NCBI GenBank assembly: GCA_965227295.1
Contig: OZ245742.1
Coordinates: 288,001-352,000 of the forward strand
Reading direction: 5' to 3'
DNA: 64,000 nucleotides
Origin: Leptonemataceae bacterium
GTDB taxonomy: Bacteria > Spirochaetota > Leptospiria > Leptospirales > Leptonemataceae
The notes under the pieces were generated by a model. That model made no database searches and was not told the origin of the DNA. It saw only the letters and a list, made by a program, of their open reading frames with translations. The translations under genes were made by a program, and so were the position numbers. Shown piece by piece: positions 9,071-18,569 of the stretch (the first letter of the stretch is position 1; every line of letters begins with the position of its first letter).

Positions 9071-9694
9071 TTAGTCGTCTTCGAATTCGAAGTGAAAGAA
9101 GTTCTTTAAGCGAACGATCGTATACAGTTCGCTCACGCTCGTCGTGGTGAACAGCGCCATGTATACGTCTTCTTTCATGCGGGCGACCGGCACATCGCGC
9201 ACGGCCCCGTCCTCTTCGTAGAACCGAAACGTCTCAATGCTCATGTGATAGTAGCGGTCGTCTTCACGATCGGCGTCGCTCGCGCCCACGTGATTCACCA
9301 CCCCGTGACCGATCACCAACAGGCCGGACTCGTAGGTCTCCCCCGCAACGCGGGCGGTGAAGTTGTAGCCCGGGTCCTGGATGTTATCGAGGGCGGCGGC
9401 GTCCGTCGACGCCAGGATCGAGAAAACGCCCGAGCTGAAGATCTCTTTCGGAACGCGCACGTCAATGGCGTGACCGCGCAAGAGCGGCACCCGATAGATG
9501 CCGGGATCGTCGGCGCCTTCCGGGTAAAGATTGCGGCGATCGCCGTTCTGCCAGATCTCCACGCCCGAAACGGTACGCAAGAATCCCCGCGCCGCGCCCC
9601 GGCGACGCATGTAGCTTTCGTACAAACGGCCACCGGCAAACGAAAGCCCGCCGGCGATCAGGGCAATACCCAGATACAAAAAGATATCGAGCAC
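9071..9694 (-). CDS. Hypothetical protein with an N-terminal membrane anchor
   Basis: 207-aa ORF with host-like codon usage; hydrophobic first ~22 residues. Confidence 0.75.
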   Translation of the reverse strand: MLDIFLYLGIALIAGGLSFAGGRLYESYMRRRGAARGFLRTVSGVEIWQNGDRRNLYPEGADDPGIYRVPLLRGHAIDVRVPKEIFSSGVFSILASTDAAALDNIQDPGYNFTARVAGETYESGLLVIGHGVVNHVGASDADREDDRYYHMSIETFRFYEEDGAVRDVPVARMKEDVYMALFTTTSVSELYTIVRLKNFFHFEFEDD

Positions 9695-9792
9695 GTTCCG
9701 GTACGAAGCGAAAAAACCACCGGAGTGTCCAGCTTTTTCCGCGGGCGCCGGTAAATGAGAGCGGGCCCCGGGTGCGGATTCGCTTCATGGAA

Positions 9793-10174
9793 TTTCCGGT
9801 AGTTCAAGAGCTGCCATTCGTTGCGTTGGCCGTGAACAACAGAAAGTAAGTCGGCAAATGCTGAAGGGCTTTTTTTGGCTACAGCTGAGCGGGAGCCTCA
9901 ATCTCGCTTCGGCGAGATTGAGGGATAGGCCGGGACATGTCCGCCTTCAAAAACGTTGTGGAGTTTCGTTTTGCTAAGTTATTCCGCCTCGACCCGGACG
10001 CTGGTTGTGCGACTCATCTCCCGTCGCGTTTCTTGCGGCGAAGACGCCGTCCCGGTGCGCCTTACCACATCCCCCGACACGACCTCCGTTCATCTGCTGG
10101 AACCAGCCGTACCCAAAAAAGTCTTAATGCAAACTGGCCACTACTTACACCACGATTCGGGGCGTGCTTGAACG
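9793..10174. ncRNA. Candidate large structured non-coding element, tandem copy A (382 nt)
   Basis: Duplicated at 10184-10607; nested terminal complementarity and a 12-bp C(TTCG)G hairpin; family not recognised. Confidence 0.5.
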
Positions 10175-10183
10175 ACTAAAAAC

Positions 10184-10607
10184 TTTCCGGTAGTTCAAGA
10201 GCCGCGGTTCGCAACGGTTGCCGCGAGAAACATGAGGTAAGTTGCGCAACCGTGAAATGCCTTTTTTGGCTACGGCTGAGCGGGAGCCTCAATCTCGCTT
10301 CGGCGAGATTGAGGGATAGGCCGGGACATGTCCGCCTTCAAAAACGTTGTGGAGTTTCGTTTTGTTAAGACAGTCCGCCAGTGGGGAACCAACTGCCGCG
10401 GCCCCAACAAGTGGGGCCTTGCCGACACCGGACGCGGATTTGCGACTCAGCTACCATAGCGATTCTTGCGACGAAGACGCCGTTCCGGTGCGCCTTACCA
10501 CATCCCCCGGCACGACCTCCGTTCATCTGCTGGAACCAGCTGTACCCATAAAAGGCTTAATACAAACTGGCCGCCACTTACTTCACGATCCGGGGCGTGC
10601 TCGAACG
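10184..10607. ncRNA. Candidate large structured non-coding element, tandem copy B (424 nt)
   Basis: 90-nt block 10275-10364 identical to 9884-9973; net 42-nt internal insertion that carries its own hairpin. Confidence 0.5.
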
Positions 10608-10632
10608 CACAGAAATTCTCCGCTTCCGCCGG

Positions 10633-12135
10633 TTATTCCCGTAAAAACACCGGCCGCACCTGCGAAACGTTGCGCCAGTTGCGCAGGTACGCCGCACTAA
10701 CGTTCGGCGGCAGTGCCTTAAGCAAACGCTGCCAGTCTTCTTCTTTCAACAGGGCGTAAAACGCCGGGAGATAGCGCACGTCGGCCCGACCCAGAAACCG
10801 CTCGAACACCCGGCGCGGGACGCCGTGGGCCAGGCGAAACAGCGGCCGCTCCGTGTGTCCCCGCTCCGGCGCGAACCGAAAGGCATCCTTACCGGTACGA
10901 TAATAATAAAAATTATCGAGGCCCTGGTGGGCAATGAGGATCGAGTCGTCCGGCAGATTCAAATCGTCCACGAAGCGCGCATAAACGTCGTACCGGATGT
11001 TCGAAGGATGCTGAAAGCTCGCCCGGGCATAAACCTGAAAACCGAGCAGGGCAAGCACCATCACGGCGAGCGTCCCGCCCCCGAACCGACTGCCGGCATC
11101 GAGTTCGCGGAGGACCAGGGCCAGGCCCAGCCCGGCGGGTACGAAGATCAGCAGGTACAGGCGAAAGGCCAGATCGAGGCGGTCGAAGCGCAGAAACGGG
11201 AAAATCACTAATCCATACAAAACAAACACCAGCAGCACGAGCACGTCCGGCCGGGCGCGCCGGCGGTAAGCCGCGAGGACTGCAAAACACGACGCCACGA
11301 TCGGCAGCACGCCGAAGAGCAGCGCCTCGGTGTATTGCGGCTGCGGCGGATGCATCAAATCAATGAACGACCACGGAGCGAACTGCGGCGATGCGAAGAC
11401 GCCCTGAAAACGCGCGAAGTCCGCCACGGAAAGGACGCCCGGCACGACGAACAACAGCGCACCGAGAAGGAGCGCACCGCCGATCAGAGCCGTCGCAAGC
11501 AAACGCACGTCCCGACGTAACGCATACAGTCCCGTCACCGCAAGCAAGATCAACGCCAGTCCGCCGGTGAGTTTGTGCGTAATGAGCGAAAGCAGCGCGA
11601 ACACCGTCGCGGGCCAGGCGCGCTCCACGACGGCCACCGCCGTGGCAAAGGGCGAGGCGCGATGTACGTCCGCGTGCATCAGTCGCGGCAGCATCGCGAG
11701 CGAAAACAAAAACCAGAAGATGCCGGCCAGGTTCTTAATGAACTCGAACGCGAAGTAAATTGCAAACGAGTTCCCGCAAACGAAGGCGGCAAGCACGGCC
11801 CCGGTCGCGGCGTGCCGGCCAAAGTTTCGCCCGGTAAGATACGCCGGCCAGGCCAGGGCGGCCGAAAGCACGGCCACCGCGATCTTATTCGAGAAGACGT
11901 AGTCGTTCGTGAAAAATGAAAAGCCCAGGAGATACGGCAACACGAGCGAGTAGTCCGGCGCGAAGAAACTTCCGCGCTCGTGGAGGTGCTTCATCTGCGC
12001 GGCGTAGTAGTACCCGTCCGCGCCGAAGGCGTGAGTCGACGACAGTAGATCGGAGAGGCCGAGCAGAAACGTGAGCCCGGCCGTAAGGATCGTAAGCAAG
12101 AGCCAGACATTCAGACGGGGCACGCCACAGTGCAC
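10633..12135 (-). CDS. Polytopic membrane protein, possible GT-C fold (PMT/ArnT-like) glycosyltransferase
   Basis: More than 10 TM segments; first-loop DGYYY acidic motif; soluble C-terminal domain. Confidence 0.65.
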   Translation of the reverse strand: MHCGVPRLNVWLLLTILTAGLTFLLGLSDLLSSTHAFGADGYYYAAQMKHLHERGSFFAPDYSLVLPYLLGFSFFTNDYVFSNKIAVAVLSAALAWPAYLTGRNFGRHAATGAVLAAFVCGNSFAIYFAFEFIKNLAGIFWFLFSLAMLPRLMHADVHRASPFATAVAVVERAWPATVFALLSLITHKLTGGLALILLAVTGLYALRRDVRLLATALIGGALLLGALLFVVPGVLSVADFARFQGVFASPQFAPWSFIDLMHPPQPQYTEALLFGVLPIVASCFAVLAAYRRRARPDVLVLLVFVLYGLVIFPFLRFDRLDLAFRLYLLIFVPAGLGLALVLRELDAGSRFGGGTLAVMVLALLGFQVYARASFQHPSNIRYDVYARFVDDLNLPDDSILIAHQGLDNFYYYRTGKDAFRFAPERGHTERPLFRLAHGVPRRVFERFLGRADVRYLPAFYALLKEEDWQRLLKALPPNVSAAYLRNWRNVSQVRPVFLRE

Positions 12136-12159
12136 GGCCCGCCTTAATTTTCTGCAAGC

Positions 12160-12576
12160 TTATTCGGCGTATTCGAATCCGGCGTTGATGAGTTTGTCGC
12201 TCAGAAGCATGCGCCAGCGCACGACGGCGATCCGCGGCGCATCCGTCCCGCGTTGCAGCACAACCCGCGAATGGACTTTCAGATAGCCCTTCACCGGTTC
12301 GCCGTTCTCGTCCTCCGGACGCTGGACCACGAGACTGCAACCGCCGTCGGATTCATCGAGGACTATGGCGTAGCGCCGATCGCTTTCGCGGATTTCACCG
12401 TGTTCCTCGAAGTCCGCCACATCCACGGACACGGCGTTGAACTGGTAGCGCTCCGGCACCCGCCGCGGTTCCCGACGGCGCTCACCCACCGCAAAGGCCC
12501 CGGACTGCTCGCGCACGTAGTCCTTCGCGTTCATCAATTCTTGCGTGCCATTGTGTTTTTCTGCTTTTGCGTTCAT
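12160..12576 (-). CDS. Stand-alone PilZ-like domain protein
   Basis: RxxxR (ERRREPRR) and DxSxxG (DESDGG) motifs. Confidence 0.7.
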   Translation of the reverse strand: MNAKAEKHNGTQELMNAKDYVREQSGAFAVGERRREPRRVPERYQFNAVSVDVADFEEHGEIRESDRRYAIVLDESDGGCSLVVQRPEDENGEPVKGYLKVHSRVVLQRGTDAPRIAVVRWRMLLSDKLINAGFEYAE

Positions 12577-12882
12577 GGAATCACCCCTAACAGTATCCTA
12601 ACAATGCAGTCCCTTCCCAAAAGGTCAACGCAAAGGCCTATAAACAAAGGGATTTTTGTGAATATTTTTCGAAGTCTGTAATACTTATGGCCTACGGAGT
12701 TACTGTGGAAGTACTTACTTTCTTACGGCGGTCCCCGCGCGGCGGGACGGAAGGCTGTCCCTTCATCGCCGGGCGCGAATCGCGGTGAGGCCCGCCGCGA
12801 GAGTCCTGCTCGATATTTCTCACCGCAAAGTGCGTGGTATTATTATGCTTGTGGCGAATCCACGTCCCGGAGAAACACCTGC

Positions 12883-13746
12883 ATGCAGTCGAACACCGTC
12901 ACCGTCGGCCTCATTCAGCTCAGCGCGAGCAACGATTCCACCGACAACCTCCGCCGCACCGTCGCCGAAATTCGCAACGCCGCCGACCGCGGCGCGCAGA
13001 TCATCTGCACCCAGGAACTCTTCTTAACACAGTATTTTTGCCAGTCCGAGCGCGCCGAGATCTTCGACCTCGCCGAAGCGATTCCCGGCCCCACCGTCGA
13101 AGCCCTGCAAAACGTCGCCCAGGAAAAACAGGTCGTCATCGTGGCCTCGCTCTTCGAACGGCGCATGGCCGGCCTCTATCACAACACGGCTGCAATCATT
13201 GATGCCGGCGGTGAATTTCTGGGCATGTACCGAAAAATGCACATCCCCGACGATCCGGAGTACTACGAAAAATACTACTTCACCCCCGGCGACCTGGGCT
13301 ATCGCGCGTGGGATACACGCTACGGTCGCATCGGCGTGTTGATCTGCTGGGACCAGTGGTTCCCGGAAGCGGCGCGCGCCACGGCCTTGCAGGGCGCCGA
13401 CATATTGTTTTATCCCACGGCCATCGGCTGGCACGACCATGAACGGCTAAACGTCGGCGACGCTCAGCACGACGCCTGGGAGACCGCGCAGCGCGCCCAT
13501 GCCATCGCCAACGGCGTGCACGTTTGTTCCATTAACCGCGTCGGCCGCGAAGGGGAACTCACGTTCTGGGGCCGCTCGTTCATTGCGGATCCGTTCGGTC
13601 GCCTCATCTACCGCGCCTCGGAAAACGCCGAGACCATCGTGCAGGAACTCGACCTGTCGCTTAACGAGAGCATTCGCCGGGACTGGCCGTTTCTGCGCGA
13701 TCGGCGCATCGAGACGTACGACGTGTTGCAGGCGCGGGGCGTGTAA
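12883..13746 (+). CDS. aguB: Carbon-nitrogen hydrolase, N-carbamoylputrescine amidase-like
   Basis: QELF, YRKMHIPDDP.YYEKYYFTPGD, ICWDQWFPE, YPTAIG motifs. Confidence 0.88.
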   Translation: MQSNTVTVGLIQLSASNDSTDNLRRTVAEIRNAADRGAQIICTQELFLTQYFCQSERAEIFDLAEAIPGPTVEALQNVAQEKQVVIVASLFERRMAGLYHNTAAIIDAGGEFLGMYRKMHIPDDPEYYEKYYFTPGDLGYRAWDTRYGRIGVLICWDQWFPEAARATALQGADILFYPTAIGWHDHERLNVGDAQHDAWETAQRAHAIANGVHVCSINRVGREGELTFWGRSFIADPFGRLIYRASENAETIVQELDLSLNESIRRDWPFLRDRRIETYDVLQARGV

Positions 13747-13766
13747 GTGCTGCGGAACAGATATTA

Positions 13767-15269
13767 GTGCAAGAGGAAGAAATCATTTGGGCGCCCCCGC
13801 CGCGTTGCGGCGGTCGGGCTTTCCAGGGCTCCGCTGTCGCTGCGGTCTCGCTGCGCGAGACTGGCCTTCGGCCACCCTTCCAATCCCTGGCGCAACTTTT
13901 CTTAACCATCACCCTTTTATCATTAACCGCTCTCCCACTCGCGGCACAGAAAACCGAAGACGCATCGGAAGAACCCGACCTGAATTCTTTCGTGCCCCTG
14001 CCCGTCCCCGTGGCGAGTTCCGACATCGGTACCGGCCTCGCCGGCCTGCTCATCTATACACGCACGAACCCCGACGGCGACAACGCCGCGCCTTACTCGT
14101 TCCAATCCAACGTGTCCGCCCTCCGCACGGACACGGGCTTCGAGATCTATTCCGTCCGCGCCGATTGGGTGAACGCCTTCGGGCTGCCGTTTCGCCTTGA
14201 AGGCGGCACGGGGTACATCCGCAACCTCAACGCCAACTACTTCGGCTACGGCAACGATCAGAATATCGCGGAGAACCGGCGCATCCAGCGCGGCGAGCAA
14301 GCGGTACAGGGCAACCTTCCGACACACCCGACCTGGATTCAGGGCGAGGAGGCGTCCATTAATACGAACGTCGTGCCGGCCGTACTCGATGGCGAGCCGC
14401 TCCGCGCCGTAAGTCCAGGTCGCCGCGTGTTAACGGAAAGCCAGGATAAATTCTACAACTTCGACATCGTGCGCCGCCAGTTCAATCTTGCTCTCGGAAG
14501 CTGGATCGGCAACACGAACTTTCGCTGGAAGGTCGGCGGCGTCTTTCAGCGCGTCCGCGTGCTCTCGTACCAGGGCGACACCGAAAACAACAACACCGTC
14601 CCGAACGTGCCGACCCTGCTCGATCTCGACCGCCCCGTCGGATACAATGCCACGCAGGACGTGCAGTACGCCAACGAGGTACGCTTCGTCCTGGTGTACG
14701 ACAGCACCCCGCGCCTGCGTGAGGTCCATCCGGACGAAGGCTTTCGCCTGGGCGCCTCGGCAGCGTCCAGCGGCGAAGGCATCGGCTCGCACTACGGCTA
14801 CGAACGTTATACGATCTTCTGGAATCATTACCTGGAACTTTTTGAAAGCACGTTCGCCCCGCGGGAACGCGAACTGATCCTGGCCGTGCGACTTTACGGC
14901 ATCGAGTCCACGGGAGACTTACCCTTCTTTCAAGAGCCCGGCCTCGGCGGGCGCACCCTGCGCGGCTATCCGGCACGGCAGTTCGTCGACAACGTAACGG
15001 TCTTCGGCTCCGTGGAACTGCGCTACACGTTCGCGAAGTCGGTGGAGGTCTTCGGCGGCACCGACTTCATGGCCGTCGCCTTCGTGGACCGCGGCCGGGT
15101 GGCGCCGTCGAAACAGGAACTTACCACGGAAGACTGGCACGACGCCGCGGGCGGAGGCCTGGGCATGCTGATCAACGAAAACGCGCTCCTGGAATTCGCG
15201 GTGGGGTACTCGCGGTACGAGAGTTACTTTGAGTTATCGTTCGGGCATACGTTTAAGTTGCGGGATTGA
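13767..15269 (+). CDS. BamA/TamA (Omp85 surface-antigen) family outer-membrane beta-barrel
   Basis: Signal h-region ending LAAQ, LRGY motif, ELRY, aromatic C-terminal beta-strand; start uncertain because a repeat occupies the 5' end. Confidence 0.8.
   Translation: MQEEEIIWAPPPRCGGRAFQGSAVAAVSLRETGLRPPFQSLAQLFLTITLLSLTALPLAAQKTEDASEEPDLNSFVPLPVPVASSDIGTGLAGLLIYTRTNPDGDNAAPYSFQSNVSALRTDTGFEIYSVRADWVNAFGLPFRLEGGTGYIRNLNANYFGYGNDQNIAENRRIQRGEQAVQGNLPTHPTWIQGEEASINTNVVPAVLDGEPLRAVSPGRRVLTESQDKFYNFDIVRRQFNLALGSWIGNTNFRWKVGGVFQRVRVLSYQGDTENNNTVPNVPTLLDLDRPVGYNATQDVQYANEVRFVLVYDSTPRLREVHPDEGFRLGASAASSGEGIGSHYGYERYTIFWNHYLELFESTFAPRERELILAVRLYGIESTGDLPFFQEPGLGGRTLRGYPARQFVDNVTVFGSVELRYTFAKSVEVFGGTDFMAVAFVDRGRVAPSKQELTTEDWHDAAGGGLGMLINENALLEFAVGYSRYESYFELSFGHTFKLRD
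13786..13893 (+). repeat. REP-like family A, copy 2 (inside the 5' end of the Omp85 ORF)
   Basis: TTTGGGCG...GGGCTCCGCT...GTCTCGCTGCGCGAGAC...CCAATCCCTGGCGC. Confidence 0.85.
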
Positions 15270-15278
15270 GGGGAATTG

Positions 15279-15310
15279 ACTCCGAGAACCGAGGTCATGC
15301 AAATCTCGGT
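15279..15310. repeat. Short inverted-repeat family B, partial copy
   Basis: ACTCCGAGAACCGAGG...ATCTCGGT between convergent genes; compare 22390 and 32590. Confidence 0.6.
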
Positions 15311-15312
15311 GG

Positions 15313-17301
15313 TCAATCCTTCCCCACCCGCACCCCGAAGCCCCGCAGCCCCGCCAGCCAGCTCCGCCTGCCCGAATGATTCAACGTCACCGCGTAACTT
15401 CCACCCGCCGCATCTTTACGCAACACCCGTTCCACCGCCGCCCCGAGAAACCGGAACGTTATGCCAGCGTCTCTTAACGCCCGCCGGTAAAACAGCACCA
15501 GACTCAACTGCCCCGGCGACGTGCCGCAGTAATAGACCGTGCCCTGCCCGTGCCGCCGCCGCGTGATCGCCGCGGCGCCCCGGTAGAACTTCCGCCGGTC
15601 GGTGTAGCGCGCCACGACCTCCACATCCGGCGAGCGCGGTTCCACGATCTCGCACATCTTCGTCGCCCGGCCGGGCAACAAGCGAAAGCGCATCTTCACC
15701 GATTGCGACTCGTCGAGGCCCTCGAACTGCCGCACACGTACGCCTGCCATCTCCGCGAACGGGCCGGGCACCTGATCGTCGCGCATCCAGGCGTTCGTGT
15801 ACTCTTTCAAACCGGCGCGGTAACCGAGAAGCAGCGTACCGCCCGCGCGTACCCAGGCGTCGAGCTTCGCGACGAAGTCGTCGTCGGCCATCCAGTAGAG
15901 CGGGAGGACAATAAACTTATAGTCATCTAAAGTTACATGACTTGCCGGGCGTACGTGACAACCGGCGTTCAGCACGTTCAGCCCGCCGAACCAGGTGGCC
16001 AGCTCCACGTCATAGCCGACGTTCGCGTACGGCACCGGCCGGTACTCCAGCGCCTTGCTGATGGGCTGGATCTTGCAATTGCGCACGTTTTCTATGTCGT
16101 AGACGACGGCGCACGGCGCCGGGGGCGGCTCATCGGCAAACTCCGCGGCGCCGGCGTCGCGGAGCTCCTGCATGGCCGCCCGTAACTCTCGCGCGCGAGA
16201 AGTTAGTTCCTTGTCGTGGTCCAGCAAACCGTAGCACAGTTGCTCCTGGCCGTAATGTGCCGTACGATATCGAAAAAAGTAGACCTGGTTCGCCCCGTGA
16301 GCCACGGCGTGTTTCAGCCACATGCCCACCTGGCCCGGCGGCGGCAAATAGCCCAGCATCCGGTGCCCCTGGAAACCGCAGATCTGCTCCATGACCGTAA
16401 ACGCCCGGTTCTTGAGACCGCGCGCGTACTCGTGCATGAACGACACCAGCGGATGCGGATACGGCGCCGCCATGTCGCCCCACACCGGATAGTTGTCCCA
16501 GGAGATGTAGTCCAGCTCTTCGGCGATCACGGCCCAGTCATAGATCGGCAAAAACGGCGACGGATACAGGTTCGTGGTAATCGCGCGACCGGGGCTGTGC
16601 TTGCGCAGGATCTGCGCCTGGGAGCGCACGAAACTCAGCGCCAGGTCGCTATGATAACGATAAAAATCCTGGAGCATGGACGGCGGGAAGTCCGATTGTA
16701 CATGGACGCCGGGCGTCGGAATCTCGTCCCAGTTCGTATACAGGATGCCCCAGAACCTGCCGCCCCAGGCCTCGTTCAAATTCTTAATGTTCTTGTACTG
16801 AATCTTAAGCCAGGCCCGAAAGCCGGCCAGGGCGGCCGGCCCCTCGTCGATGTCCGAGCCCTCGTGACCCAATTCATTGTCGATCTGCCAGGCAACTACG
16901 GCCGGGTGTTTGCCCAGGGCCTGCGCCATTTTCGTTACAATGCGTTCGCACGCTAAGCGATACTGTTTCGAAGCTAAGGCCGCCTGACGCCGTCCGCCGA
17001 TCTGCCGCACGATGCCCTGGCGCGTAGCCAGCACTTCCGGATGTTTCTTCGCGAGCCAGGGCGGAAACGTGGCCGTGGGCGTTCCGAGAATCGCCGTCAT
17101 GTTCGCGGCCTGCAGCTTATCCAGAACGCGCTCAAAAAACGAGAAATCGTAACGGCCCGGCTTCGGTTCCATGAGCGCCCAGGCGAACTCCCCCAGACGC
17201 ACGGACGTCAGCCCCAGGTCCTGCATGATGCGCAGGTCCTCGTCGAGATCGTGCGGGGACCAGTGTTCCGGATAATAATCGGCGCCGAAGGTGAGAGACA
17301 T
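15313..17301 (-). CDS. Beta-galactosidase, GH42
   Basis: GADYYPEHW, GEFAWALMEP, WQIDNE (acid/base), VMEQ (nucleophile); start moved to the ATG at 17301. Confidence 0.93.
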   Translation of the reverse strand: MSLTFGADYYPEHWSPHDLDEDLRIMQDLGLTSVRLGEFAWALMEPKPGRYDFSFFERVLDKLQAANMTAILGTPTATFPPWLAKKHPEVLATRQGIVRQIGGRRQAALASKQYRLACERIVTKMAQALGKHPAVVAWQIDNELGHEGSDIDEGPAALAGFRAWLKIQYKNIKNLNEAWGGRFWGILYTNWDEIPTPGVHVQSDFPPSMLQDFYRYHSDLALSFVRSQAQILRKHSPGRAITTNLYPSPFLPIYDWAVIAEELDYISWDNYPVWGDMAAPYPHPLVSFMHEYARGLKNRAFTVMEQICGFQGHRMLGYLPPPGQVGMWLKHAVAHGANQVYFFRYRTAHYGQEQLCYGLLDHDKELTSRARELRAAMQELRDAGAAEFADEPPPAPCAVVYDIENVRNCKIQPISKALEYRPVPYANVGYDVELATWFGGLNVLNAGCHVRPASHVTLDDYKFIVLPLYWMADDDFVAKLDAWVRAGGTLLLGYRAGLKEYTNAWMRDDQVPGPFAEMAGVRVRQFEGLDESQSVKMRFRLLPGRATKMCEIVEPRSPDVEVVARYTDRRKFYRGAAAITRRRHGQGTVYYCGTSPGQLSLVLFYRRALRDAGITFRFLGAAVERVLRKDAAGGSYAVTLNHSGRRSWLAGLRGFGVRVGKD

Positions 17302-17508
17302 CGCGACAGCTGCGCGCGCCGGACCGCGCAGGCATACGCAAAAATCCCGGTACAGAGCCGTTCCGGACCACCGCCAAACCTTCCAGCAACTGGAGTGTCG
17401 CACAAGATTGGACAAAAAAGTCACGACATTTGACGTTTTTGAGCGGGCGCCCGGTCGAATCCAGGCTTGATTGTATCAAAGTCAGTTTGTCTCTCTCAGG
17501 AGCTTCCC

Positions 17509-17895
17509 ATGAACACGACCCCGACCAAAACCAAAACCGTTATGATTGTAGATGATTCCGCATCCATTCGCAAAGTCGTCGACATTGCGCTGCGCGCCGA
17601 AGGTTTCGCGACCAGAGCCGCGGTGGACGGTGCGGACGCCCTGGAGCAATTGCAGTCTTCCACGGACATAGACGCCATCCTCTGTGATATGAACATGCCC
17701 GGCCTGGACGGCCTCGGATTCATCGGTCGTCTGCGCCTGAACGATGATCATCGCTTTACGCCGGTCATCATGCTGACCACCGAGGCAGCCGAGCAGCACA
17801 TCCACCGCGCCCGCGCCGTGGGTGTTTCGGGCTGGGTGGAAAAACCCTTCAATGCGGATCAGTTGCTCGGCGCGGTTCGCCGCGTCGTGGCCTAA
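17509..17895 (+). CDS. Single-domain CheY-like response regulator
   Basis: IVDDS, CDMNMPGLDG, MLTT, EKPF; AGGAG RBS before the ATG at 17509. Confidence 0.92.
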   Translation: MNTTPTKTKTVMIVDDSASIRKVVDIALRAEGFATRAAVDGADALEQLQSSTDIDAILCDMNMPGLDGLGFIGRLRLNDDHRFTPVIMLTTEAAEQHIHRARAVGVSGWVEKPFNADQLLGAVRRVVA

Positions 17896-17897
17896 GC

Positions 17898-18569
17898 TCA
17901 GACCAGGCCCTGATTCAAACGGCTCCCGAGAAAGCTCTCCAGGCTTTCCCCGGGAGCAAGATGATCGCGCGCAAGGGCCGCCATCCCCGCTTCGGCCATT
18001 GCCTGGAAGCTGCGCCGCCGCGCCGGAACCGCCGACAGGGCCGCGGGTCCGGCGCCGAAATCCAGAACACCCCACAGGGATTGATAGGCGTACGCATCAT
18101 CAAGCCGGCCCCCGCCCTCCACGTCCAGACGCACAGGCCCGAAGTGCACGAACTCGTAGTTCCGCCCGACGGCCTCGGTGGCGTGCATGATCTCCAACTG
18201 CACCGCATTAAGGTACAGTACGAAGATGTTAACGATCGTCCCCGGTGAGGCAGACAACGTGGCGGGGATTGCGCCGTATCCGCTCACGTGATTCGAGTAC
18301 ACGGAGTCGTAGTCGTGCAACTCCCCCCGCACGGCCGGGATCGGCCCGGGATTGCGCCCGGCGAATTTGCGAACGATCTGCTCCGGCGCGCAGTTCGAGC
18401 CGGCGCCGATGACGGGCGTGCGACGTTCCGCGCGAAATTCCGCTGACGCAAAATAGGCGGCGGGATCGGCGAGGACGCGCGTGGTACCGTTCTCGTACAG
18501 GAAGGAGTGTGATGGGATGGCGTAGGGATACGCCAGGGCGCGGTGTAGATCGAAATCGATCACGCCCAC
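17898..18569 (-). CDS. Hypothetical protein, possibly gamma-glutamylcyclotransferase-like fold
   Basis: VIGAGSN and YGAIPATL motifs; overlaps the stop of the upstream gene, suggesting an operon. Confidence 0.65.
   Translation of the reverse strand: MGVIDFDLHRALAYPYAIPSHSFLYENGTTRVLADPAAYFASAEFRAERRTPVIGAGSNCAPEQIVRKFAGRNPGPIPAVRGELHDYDSVYSNHVSGYGAIPATLSASPGTIVNIFVLYLNAVQLEIMHATEAVGRNYEFVHFGPVRLDVEGGGRLDDAYAYQSLWGVLDFGAGPAALSAVPARRRSFQAMAEAGMAALARDHLAPGESLESFLGSRLNQGLV

Noticed and set aside
9793-10607. Identification of the tandem element as RNase P, tmRNA, SRP, a group II intron or a tandem riboswitch
   Set aside because: No GAGGAAAGUCC, no tRNA-like ends, no SRP helix-8 motif, no domain V; GTGCG occurs at the minus-strand start of only one copy; no riboswitch consensus recognised by eye
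9937-10700. Small similar ORFs inside the tandem element (9956-10171, 10347-10700, 9937-10179)
   Set aside because: The net indel preserves frame, but most substitutions between copies are non-synonymous, the stops differ and the two similar ORFs rely on TTG starts without a clear RBS; conservation follows base pairing rather than codons
17302-17424. N-terminal extensions in the ORF track (also 19180, 30985, 40336, 52028, 60390)
   Set aside because: Downstream ATGs coincide with the start of recognisable domains and, in most cases, have better RBS motifs
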